Positions 28,777 to 40,900 of a stretch of 64,000 nt of DNA are shown piece by piece; position 1 is the first letter of the stretch; the number at the start of each line of letters is the position of its first letter. This DNA comes from Laetmonice hystrix (taxonomy: Eukaryota), in the NCBI GenBank assembly GCA_965235115.1, contig OZ249439.1, positions 18,662,001 to 18,726,000 on the forward strand, written 5' to 3'. The translations under genes were made by a program, and so were the position numbers. The notes under the pieces are model-generated. The model was not told the origin of the DNA. It made no database searches and worked only from the letters and a program-made list of their open reading frames with translations.

Positions 28777-28975
28777 ATGGATTCGAGGCCCGAGAAGCCC
28801 CGGCCAGTGCCCCGCCCCCACCGAGCACGGAGCCACCGGGACAAGGCCAACAAGGCGCCGTACGAGGATAGCTCCTCTGACGGTGAGGAGCTCAACTGTC
28901 CATGTGACAACAATATGTGCTCTTTTGAAAACGCTTCGTGTGAGCGAACCAACGGTGCTGCTGCAGCTTCCTTAG
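28777..28975 (+). CDS. Tenm: Teneurin coding exon 1 (start codon; [43 protein letters not shown]...AAASL)
   Basis: ATG in a good context (gccATGg), with an in-frame TGA upstream at 28732. Donor TTAG|gtaact is phase 1 and matches exon 2. [10 protein letters not shown] resembles the YTSSSADSEE-type segment near the vertebrate teneurin N-terminus (recalled, not aligned). Confidence 0.85.
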
Positions 28976-31900
28976 GTAACTGCTGTTCAAATACTAACCT
29001 GAATTAATGGAAACTGGGATCGATGTTTGGGACATTGCGGCCTAAATCACCATTGGGTCGGCGGTCCGGAAAGCCAATTTGGACGTTGGATAGGTACCGT
29101 ATTATGGTTGGCCGTAGTAGACAAAAATCAAAATTCATACTACCATATATTCGTATATATGCTGACATTTTAGATGCCTTATTCATATATGGAATGTACT
29201 AGGCCAACCATACCAGTGCAATATCAAAATTGGCCGGCCCACCGACCAGGCGGCCCAGTAGATAGGGCCCTTACGGTGTTCGTAAACTTCAGAATTGATA
29301 GCATCAAATCTGTTACATTGCTGAAACTACTTGGTCAAAATCTGTAGCTAGTGATATTTATTACACGATGCCTTTTTTAAAAGATTTCTTGGCATTTTCT
29401 TGTGACGAATTGCATCATTTGTCCTGGTTTTCATCATTCTAATAACCCTGGTTAGTTCATGTTTTATTTCCCCTTCCAATTGCTGAAAATGTTGGAATCA
29501 TTATCTGACTATATGAAGACAGACGAGATTCCAAGATTGCAGTGTGCAATAGTTTGATGTTTCAGTTTCAGACCCCATGCACAGTTTTCTCCTGTTATCC
29601 CCAAGCACCTTGATAATCATGTCGATGTTAAACATCTCCATGATTGAGTAGAACCGGTTACCCTGGTAATTGTGCCGGTTAGTAGTCGGACACTGCGGTT
29701 TGATGGCCACCTCCTCCCCGCTCACATCTCACAGCCTTGTGCTAGTCACAGGATGGTGGAATTGGTGGCTGGGCACTGCTCAAAGGATCGAGTCAATACA
29801 TGATCATGTCTCACGCCATGTAGCAAATCTCTAAGACAACCACATGCACCGCTAAGTCTTGGACTGACGCACATCCCTTTAATATCAAGCCTTACTCATC
29901 TTTGCTTTTGCTGGATTCCCACCATGATTTGTCGCTGTATTTCTTCAAGGTTGGTCGCCAAGGTGATTTTCCCTTTCTTTTATTTTGTTACATTGAGCTC
30001 TTATATTAGGCAGATAGAGTGTATTTACCATTTCGAACTTCGACCAGACGTTTTACCGGTTAACGTCTCTTAATCAAAGATGAAAGCCTTACCTGAGGTT
30101 TTCATTTGGTCGCTTTCTTTTTGAATTGTGATGATTTTGAACGTTTTTAGAAATTTTGAAAAAAATGCTGATTGCATATTCCTGTGGGAGAATAACATTT
30201 CCGTAACTTATGTGTTTAGCCTTGGTCTTCAGCATGCAATCTCATCTGTTGGATTTCAAACGATGGTTATTTCTGTAGAATATTTTACAACGTCCCGACG
30301 AGCCAAGCCGTTTATGTTCTCGTGAACCATAACTCGCGGAGTTGTCTGTTCAGGCACACCCCCGGTAATTAACCTTGAGGATTTGCTGATATAAATTGGA
30401 TTTGGTAGGCAGTGGTGGAGGCGGACTAGGTGTGAACCAGGGTGGAGTGTGGGCAGCCGGTCCCAGGTACAGGTTGGCTGTGTGACGGTAGCCAGCTCCG
30501 TGACAGGCGCCTGCCCTCAAACCCGCCTTCCACACTGTGACACATCCTGGCGGAGGCAACCCAATCAGTAATGATTTCAGCCGCTGGCACCGAGTGACGA
30601 GGCAGCTAAGCTTCCTCAGCCCAACCCGTCCTAATCTTAATCTTCTCACTTCACTCTCCTCTACCACAGATAGAATCACTCCTGATGGCATTACCGACTC
30701 CTGATATAAAGAGCTCTAATCCCTGTTGACAGAGAATCAAAATGGGTCTCTTGGGTTAGGCGCCGTGCTCTTGAATCAGAAATTAACAATATTCCTAGGA
30801 GGTGTGGATAAAGGTCTGGTTACTTTGTAATTAGTTTCTGCAGTGTTAGAGTTGGAGTGATCCGTATAGCCGCACGCCTTCATCCATGGATTACCATGGG
30901 TAAGAACGCAGCGGGGGTACGTCGCTATGCATCTGTGAGGATTAGCAGGGATTTAGTGGGTCATTGGTGTTGTGTCAACACCATCGGCAACAAGCACCCC
31001 AAAGTGGAGATTGTGTCGAGCAGGTCACTTGTCAGATGGTGTTTGTGTCTGTGACAAATGAGAGATGGAGTAACACATTGAGGCCTGGCTGTAGCCACTA
31101 CAGGCCTGGCAGACACTCTCTGAGTCACCTCCACACAGGTCTGCAGCCTCTCCCATCCACAGTAGGTCTGACCGGATGGAGATGCCCCTACTCGCCTCAG
31201 GTTTCGGAGTGTTGCCCTAAAAGGACCCAAGGGGCCCGGCCATATTGACCCAAAACATTGACTCTGCTATCAAGACGAGGTTTAGCAGTTGTCTCCGTCT
31301 CAGGAATTTCAGCTGTGCTAACTGAGTTAAGTACCTTGAATCAGCCTTGATCCTATGTTAGCAGCCCCAGATCTCGAGCTACCAAGGAACATAGGCTGGT
31401 TGAAACCATGTTATATTGACCATAAGGTACACCGAATTTGAAATAAGCCACAGACGGGTTTTACTTCCACATCCTCTATCATACGTATAGGAAGTCCATG
31501 CAAATATATTTTAGAAAAGTAAGTCAAAATGAACTGTTCTACTGATTTAATGAGAGAACGGTAGCACTCTAAAATATAGAAAGTGTGGCGGGCTTGGTGT
31601 CAACGTCAGCAGGTTTCTAAAATTAAAGACCTCGGATAACGTTTGATACTGCCATGATTGGCTGGACCAGAGGTCTTTCGTTTGATGGAGACTATAAATC
31701 TTATAGAATATGGATAGAAATGGAAACACAAGTGGAGCCCAAATTAGAGTATTGACGGTACGAGTAAAAGCGGTCTGTATTTTGGGCTCTATATAGTGAC
31801 CGGCAGTGGAAGTAAATGGAAACGGACGGCCCCTACTAACATCCATCTTCCAACACCTCAGAAATAAAAAGGAAAACCCACAAAAATCATTTGTACGTGA

Positions 31901-34900
31901 TTTCTCATATCTGAGGGCCTTTGATGTTAAGAAGTGTGTGTCGGCCGCAATATTAGCTCGCCACTTCTCCACGTGCCAGCCACGGTAGCGATCCCTTTGA
32001 GATGGACAGCATTTCATGAGAAGTCGCCGCCATGCCAAGATGTTGCATAGAGTAAGCTAGAGCAAGGGAGCATTTGATAGCGCATGAATGGACATGTTCA
32101 GTTATGGTGTCATCTTTGATCTGCTGCTATGGTTACAGTGCTGTAGTTATCACCCGCAGCTTCACTGGTGTGCTGTAGTTGACTTAGTGACTTGTGAGGA
32201 GACTGTCGGGGAGGGTCCTCCCTCTGATTATATTGACTCTGGCCATGTCTGATCTTGTTATTACAAGGGATGTTGTTACGCTGAGCTGAAAGCTTCCCTT
32301 TCCACTTGCTTCAACATTTGGAGACAGTGGCCAGGCACGAGATGAGATTACCTTTGACTACATTACGATAGAGACAAAGTCCAATTCGTTTAATCACTTG
32401 AATTTTTGTACCCTTTGATTGCCAGCATGTGTGGAGTGGCCAAACACGTGCAGAGAAAGTCATTGCTTAGACAAGTTCAGCCAAACTTCACCGACAAGAA
32501 ACTATGTTGTCATTAGTCTGTTCACAGTAGTCTCGTATCTCTCTAACCTGAGCTGAATGTGACCAGTGTGGACATGTTATGTCCCCCCCCCCACACACAC
32601 ACAAAAACAGGAAGGGGAAAACCTTGATCGGTGCTTATAACGGTACATAATTGCTATAATTGCACTAATTTCCCTCGAGAGCACTACGATTTGCTAAAAG
32701 GCCTTGGGAGACTGTTAACAAATTCTACACAAACTGAACATTTTGGTGGCTGTCTTTGGAAAAACTACCTTTTTAACTTGTGTAAAGAGGTTTTAAAGAA
32801 GGCTAAGTACTTTACTTTAGGTAGCGCTAGACTCATTGAGTATTCCATTTGTCAGGTGGCCAGCCGAAGTGGCAAATTCAGAGTGTCTAAAAAGAGCCGC
32901 AACACCATTTTAATTAACCTGTAGGCTCTCCCAAGCTACAAATAGGCCTGGCAAGACATAAACCAGGCAGCATCCATTATTTGGAGGTGAGCGGGACAGG
33001 GAGCAGTCTGTTATTGGACTCTTGGGAATCTGCACAGCCAGTCCCAGCCCAAATTAGGATGGGAAGGCCAATGAACAGTAAGAAATGGGCAAAGAATGGG
33101 TCATTTAGTGGTTCTGCTACCCCAAGCATGGCTGCCCAGTCGCCCCACACGTTTAAATGGGCCATGGAACGGCCCGTGCAAATCTCAGTTCTGGCCCGAG
33201 CGTTCACCTTTTGCAGTGTGCCGCTTTATATTGCTGTCAGCATGTTGAAGGGTCCAGGTTCATCACTGTACGCACTGCTAGTGTTGGCAGTGGGCGGAGG
33301 ATGGACAAACTCATTTGGCACGGTTAGATGGCTCATCAGTCCGGATGGCTGCTTGCACCTCAGCAGAGGCAAGTGATTATGTCAGCCTCTCCGTCACTCC
33401 GTCATGTGCCTAATGAAGAAATACGCCATCATTCAGCTGAAGCCTAATGAAGAAATACCTGCACTGATTGCTCCCAATGGCGGGCAGTTGGTGCGACCAT
33501 GCCGCGCCGCTCTACTTTTCAACACCAAACTATAACCAGACCTTACACTTCCATCCTGGCCTTTACTAATAATGTCTTGGAAGTTATACCAAATCATCAA
33601 GGTCCTATTTGAGGCAGTACTTGTAATGGGATGCTGTAATTAATGAAGGTTTTGATTACCTGGATGGTTTGAGGAGATTTTGACAAGATGGAGTACTATT
33701 GCACTTGCTTGGTGTCTTCATTGTGACCATTATAAGGCTTACCGAAGGATCTTTACCCGTTCCAACATTGAACATTTTAAGAGGTCCTTTACTGCAGGAT
33801 CAGAGCGAATTTCTCTGTTTCAGCACCAGCTCAAGGCGGCCCGTCGTTTAACTGATCTGCAAATCCTCAGGTCACAAGAAAGATGGTCAGTTTTCCCAGT
33901 TTGAAAGAGTCCATTGCAAGATAAAGAAATGAAAGCTCTTACATCTGCATGTCGGGAAGTTGTCTTCTGCACGAGTGAATCGAAGGACAACTTATTCTGA
34001 CAAATTGCGTGCGAGAGATTACCTGAAATTGAATTTGCATAGGCCTAAAATGCAGGCCTTATGTGTCCGAGAAAACCCCTTCACTAACGACATAACCTTC
34101 TCTTAATTTAGATTGATTAGTTTTTGAAAATAAAAAAAATAACAATTCAAAACGAAACATAGAGCCGAGACAAAGTACACCAGTATAGAGAATATAGCTT
34201 AACGGCAATCTATTCTACGGAAGTCTGGTTGGTCGTATGGATCTCACTGGTTGGTATTATTCCCCTTAGATTATCCGCACTGATAGAAAGGGTAAACAAT
34301 GCCCCTTCCCATTAATTAAAAAAGGCAGAATGGTAGGCGGGGAAAAGAAAACTTCCTCTTTGAGGTAATTTATCAAATAAAAATTGGAGAAGGTGAACGT
34401 TTCATGATGTTCAGTGATTATGTCCAGAACACTATAGATCCAAAGTAAATGTTCATGAGAGAGCCAAAGGAAATACATGAATAATAGGAGAAATCGAAGG
34501 CTTTATGCCGTACTGTCAAAGGTGGCTCAGCAAAGATGCTTAGCCAGATGATTGATTACTTATTGTATTACACTTAATGGCCCACTCAAGACAGAGTTTT
34601 TAATTGGATGGCATCAGCAATTATGTGCTCAGTGGTGCCTTTCCTTTCGAGTGTGTTTGCTATCTTTAGGAAGATGTCATGATCATCTGCGGGTTCGAAT
34701 AACATGGGTATAAAATCATATTAGCACGACCGTTTTGGCAGACAAACTCGCCAATAACACTGCAGCAGATTATTGCTGGACTCAGCGATGCCTTTGTCAA
34801 TCACGGTGGCCCTGGCCGCAGCAGGTGCTTCATCACCAGCGCAAGTCAGCTGTAGATGGCTTGAAGATGGCAAAAAAAACGGGTCGAAAGAAACATGTAG

Positions 34901-37900
34901 GGGATGATTTGAACGAACTTGGGGAATGCAGTCATTGGGGCAGTATGCCCGAACAGGTGATAATCTCAGGAATGGTAATTCACGTGTACAGGAAGGGATG
35001 AGGTCAGTCGTACACACTGGATTTATAGAAGATTCAGAACGGTGTATCATGCTACTCCTAGCTTATAAACTAACAAGGGTTAAATATTATAACCCGAGGG
35101 AACCGTTGTATGACGCTCATGTCGCACTAATATATGATAAAAGCACTGACAGATAAAAGGTATTTAGCCTTTAGTCCCGCTTTGAAAGTTTCTGAGTGAT
35201 GCCGTCTACCTACTCTAGGTATTACTCTCTTCTTCACCATTTCCCTTACTATTGACGAATCAGAGTTTTAAGAGTTTCTTTAAGCCATCTATCATTCAGT
35301 GTCGGCTTAAAATCCAAATCAAAGGCGCAGTGAAATTCCTGCAGTGTTTCACTGAACGCTCTCCGCTTTTGAAGTGAATTTGACGGATTATGAGATGGGA
35401 TAGCCTGAATCCAAGTCAGATGACTCATCGAAAGTCAAATCCATTACCTAGAACTAGTCTGACTTGAGTTTTTGAGAATGTGAGTGGTAAAGTAAAGAAC
35501 GTTTCATTAGCCAGTGTTGCTTGCTGTATTTGGGAACACGGATTGTCAGGAAACGTTGTCCTGTATATTACCTAGAAACTCGCTTCTCATTACCTGCTAG
35601 TCTTCCGGCAGGTAAAGCGCTCCGTAGTTTTTCAAGCTGTTTTGGCGAATATTATGAAGAAATCTTGTACATGACTCACTACTTTAGAGCTGTCAATTTT
35701 GACAGATTCCTTCTGGATTGATCCAACAAAACATTTCCGAAGGAATATACGGTCTTTACCGGCGAGTTGGGGTTTACGATCGTAAGACCGCTGTCATCAG
35801 GCAAGAAGTCGTAATGCCAGGAGACGGGCCACAATGTGAGGCCTAATGATGATACGGAATTCTTGGTTGATGCGGGTTGTGATTTGTCAGTATTTGGACT
35901 GACAAGTAGGGGCGTGATTCACAGCACAATTTGGTGCCTGTTCATTAGTTAAGATGGGTGTTCACGGTTGTGCCTGGTGGCCAAATTTCCCCCGACAATG
36001 AAGGCTGTGGGCACACACAGCTCCTGGCCGTGTGCTGGCGACGGCTGAGATGGCACGTCCACGGGAAATCGGCCAACACAGCATCCTGTACGATCATGTG
36101 CTGTAAAGTCATTATAACTTGTTGCTGGCTTACAAAACAAAGTCTCCAAATTAGTGATGCCAAGTCTTTGGCACACACAATGCGGAATGGGTATGGCCCA
36201 ACAAGTAAGGCAGTCATTATCCCAAGGGTCATAGAGAGGCATTTCGGCCACAGATAAAACCGAAAGAACCATGGGTATGGCAATTAACGAAGATGGAATG
36301 ACTTTTATCATCAGATCAGCATTGTGATTCACTTCACAGAAACTGCATTATTATCTTGCAAGGTTTGTTAACTTGCATGGTGACAGGCCACTGAATTATT
36401 GTAAGCCACATAATTCAGAAGAAATTCCTTTTTCAGGAGGGTAAGAATTTAATTGTCAATTTTATTATCTTTCTTTCTGGTGAATTAAGCAAATAAGGAC
36501 AAGCTTATGCATGTAACACCATAAAATGCCGTCAGTCTGTAATGAACTAGGCCATTTTGTATCTCATGGCTTGGAGACCATGGACTGTCATGCTGCTTTC
36601 ACTGTTCCACATCGTAAAGATTCGTGCATCATTTCTTCATAAATTCATGAAGGTCGGTAAGATTCGTACTAGGAACAAGGCGGGGGGGGGGGGGTAGTCA
36701 ATTTGAACTAGAAGGAAATTACAAAATGAAATTCCATCAGAACTAACGGGACGAAATGAAGAGGCTGAAGGCTGAACCATGTTTGAAATTGTGTATTATT
36801 GCGGTAAAATAATAAAGACTTTTCAAATGTAGGGCAAGGCAGAGCAGTCGTTTGATACGGATCAGTAATAAGAGGGCATTGAATGAGAATGGTAATGTTT
36901 GTCAGTGGGAAGGCGAGGGCAGCAATGATTGACAGCTGTTAATTGCCTTTAGTCCACACCTGGTGAGATATGGATGTGAGTGAAGGAGGTGGTAGGGTCG
37001 GGGGATATAGCGATATCTGAAGATAACAGATATCTCGGGAGTGGATGGGTATAATAATCCAGGATGTCAGATAGCATGTTACCCTCACAGTAGATAAATG
37101 ACGGCGAATCCTACTCGCAGCAGTTTCGTTTTGCCATCCGGTCGGCTGTCGCTGTGACTGTAGATCGGCAGTAACTCACTCCCCTTTAAGTTGGGATTAG
37201 TTTGTGTAAAATCAACATCATGTAAAGTAAACGGATTGACCTAAGTCTGGCCTTAAATGTTGTGAATCGGGCGGGCATAATTTTTCTTTTTTGTTCTTCC
37301 TTGAAAATAAAAGAAGCGCAGAGTATATGATATAAATCAGAAAAAATGTGAGATCAGTGTCTATCATTGAAGGAAAACCATAATTACAGTTTGCAACAAG
37401 TGTGTGATGTTAATTTTTTCTAACTCAGATTGGTGATGGGATTTTAATACAATCCTCCGTAAGAAAAGATGTGATGAACACACCGGATATGTAGATGAAA
37501 TAAGTAAAGATTAATATCAATTGAAGAGTGATTAGGGACTAATACACCAAAAAATAGATGGCCATTCAGACATAGCGTTGTCTGATTAACACATTAACGG
37601 GATTAAAACTTAGCAGTGTAGCTAAAGACAGAGCAGTGCCAGCCGCCATGGAGATTTTAAATTGGACCATCATTGTAATAGCTTATATCGGTGTAAATTG
37701 TCGCAGCGGTGAGGCTGATGCTTTTACCGGTAAACACGTGCTGTTGACAGCGGGCGACTTATAAATTCATTGGACTATAATTTAATGACTCTATAAGCTG
37801 TGACAAAAAGTGAACACATGGGTCCATCTTGAATAGGTGACTAGCATCATAATTCATATTTTGTTCATCGCAGTGGATAAAATGGAAGTTGATTAACTTA

Positions 37901-40900
37901 TGCCGGTTGTATGACACAGAGTGGTAAAAAGTGAGTGTTTGTGTGGGAGGGAGGGTGGGAGGAGTGAGCTACTGTTACTTTCCTGATTTATGTCGTGTAA
38001 TGCTGTCAGTCACATCTTAAAAATAGTCTCATGTTTAACATTTATAAAAATAAAATACGTCTGACTCGACGATCTTCTCTCATCGACAACGGACGTCCAT
38101 GCAAACACATGGCTGTAATAAATAAACGGCCCCATATCCATACAATAAGGAAGGGACGCCGAAGGTGGCAGAGGTCCAGGGGTCAGGCTTTCACCTATAT
38201 ATGTCCTTTGGGATGTTTCCAAATTGCCCTACCGTATTATCCTGTGGTATGATAATATTGTGGATCCTACTTGAGTATAGGCGTTCCTGGCCCATAGTTT
38301 GAGTTATAGGTGAAGCGAAGTGAAAAAAGACGTTATTTTTCTGTAAGGAACATACTTTTTAAAGATATACGTTGAAACCGGGGTATACATATTACCGTTT
38401 TGAATATTGCTATATTCCATTGTGAAGTAACCCACTCATCCAAATATAGACTTGTAGCAAGGCTCGTGCATGACTCGTTTATAACAACCATCTCCTTGAT
38501 TAGGGCCAACGTTCGTACCCTGGCCTGGCGTCCTGCTGGTTCTGTCATAACTTGGGTGTGAAATGATCGAGGGAGTACGACTATTACACCTGACACCCAA
38601 AGCCGGGCGCTTTTTGATCAGACTAAGTGTGAAGCTGGATGACCCCTTGCCGCCGCACAACTGTGGAGGTCGGTTGCTATTCGGACAACCTCCGAGTCGC
38701 CCTCTTCAATTTCCTAATTGAAGTAATTCCAGGGATGTGCATTCCCACAAGGAACCCACGTCTTGGAAGTTGCCGTCCCATTTGCGCCTAACTGCTGTGG
38801 GGCATCCGACGACAAGTCCGCTGGGTGATATTAGGGGAATTACATGAGCAACATTGATGATGACAGGACCCGAGCACAGTAGCACGGGTGGAGTGGGAGG
38901 CTGGCCGGGCGGTGATTCTCACCAAACCAAGGGAGAACGGAGCAGTGCTGTGAGGCTCCATTGTTTGCTTCAAAAACAACCGTCCACAATCAGAGATACT
39001 CAGAATGTAAGGAGACATCAATATTCCCAGCTCCAAGTGGGGGACGTAATTTGATAGTATGGAGAAGATCTCTCAGTTCCCACCAAGAGACAGTGACTCC
39101 CCCTGTGCTGTGTCCAGGGAAATCACAAGCTTTCCACAAATGTATAATATTGTTAAAGGGCATGATTTTAATGTATGTAGCTCTGATATACTGTCTGGGA
39201 TAAGGATTAAGGATAAGGAGTTAGGAGCTCTGTTATAATGTCTAGGATAAGGACTAAGGATAAGGAATTAGGAAGGATAGATATCTATTGCTGCCAACAA
39301 TTTACAAGTGCCCCAGACTATGACTTGTCCTCATCTCGATCATTTTTAATGACAATATCATGGCAATGTGACCCCATAGATTACCACGGGTATTACGAGG
39401 ATGAACACACGTAGGTTTTCTTTACCAGGTATTGACTGCCAGACTGTCCTCTTTTAGTTCTCTTCTTTCCTCGCCTGTTTTCTTGTTCTCATATTTCTCT
39501 TTTTCCCCCGTTTGTGACCCTAGCCACTTTCATGGAGCTAGATAAATGCCTCGGTTGGTTCAATCTGCTGTCATTCTAATTTGGCGTATGTTTTGTGTTT
39601 GTGTAGGTCTAACACCGGATGAGAACCACATCTCACCGATAGAGAACCTAGATAACACCATCAGTCGACTGTACAGTTACCTGAGCGGGTCGGAGGGTGA
39701 CGTGGAGACCGACCACCCCCTCACACCGCCCCAGCGACAGGAGAAGTGGGAGAGGAGACGGTCGAGGACACCTACCTCCATACCTAGCTCTCGGTCCAGC
39801 TCCATATCCAGGACCGACTCCGAGCATGACCACCACCCACAGCACCACCACCATCAGCACCACCAGGGCCACCATCGGATAGGTACCATAGACAGCGCCT
39901 GCAGCGCCGAGACAGGCGAGAACGTCTACTCGAGAATAAACGATACAGGTAATATAGCAATCAGTCTTAGCCCTCAAACATCGACTCGGAATGGGTGGAC
40001 AACTAGAATGTCAAATCACATTTCTCTCAGACTTATTATGATGTATTATGTTTCTAAGAGAAAGGATCTACTGGCGTATTAATTTTGATAGCATAAAACC
40101 AAGACGATTTAAAACATAAATGCATAAATGAGTTATGGTGACTGCTTTGAAAATGATGGGGAAAAAAGGAAAAGGGCTAGGTATGAGTTTCACTGTTCGT
40201 CAGGGATTTACCAAAATCTACACTGATGGGTTCAGTTGGCCTGGTATCTCAAGGAAAGCTTCATGTCGAGACTGGGTATTGCAAATGGCGATGAAACATG
40301 TCAGGTGCCAGTGTAAGCACACAGTAAGATGGAATTCTCATGTTGGCTGATAATGGTGGATTGCTGTAGGATCATCAGGTGATCAGCCCATGTGAATTCC
40401 ATACATCATGTTTTCCGGACCTGAAGCTTGATTCCATCCCAGATTGAATGACCCTTCCGCCTGCCATTAATAATAAAATCCTTGGGATCAGATGCGCTGC
40501 CCCTCATGTTTGTTCAATGGTTGTTGGAGGCACTGAAAGCCCAGGGCTCTCATGAAAGTGCATTGGCGGAGAGCCTTGGCAGTGCCTTAGATATGCAGGA
40601 TTCTGGAGGGGACATTGCCGGAGAGGTCAGGGGCATGCTTTGTCCTGCCCAGCAGGACAAGCCCCCAGGTCCACTATTCCTGATAAGAATTAGCTTTATT
40701 CATAAGCACATCTGTGAGATGTGCAGTAAGAATGTGCCAAATGGATTTTGTATCGGGAGAGCATGTGTAGGGGTAGGCTTTGTTTGACCTGGTGAAGGTA
40801 GGTGGGGTCAGGGCCGAAGGCTGGCCGCCGCCCCGGACTGTCGCTACCACTGAGAGACCTTGTTGGCCGCTGGCTTTATTACCAATGTGTGCTGTAACCT

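Noticed and set aside
32036-32050. CAAGATGTTGCATAG resembling miR-31
   Set aside because: The seed does not match, an indel is needed, and I saw no complementary hairpin arm.
39648-39977. Minus-strand 109-aa hydrophobic ORF
   Set aside because: It is the antisense shadow of the CAC-rich teneurin exon 2.
40482-40787. Protein-like stretch ([22 protein letters not shown]) as an extra teneurin exon
   Set aside because: No good acceptor, and the available splice sites are not in phase 1.
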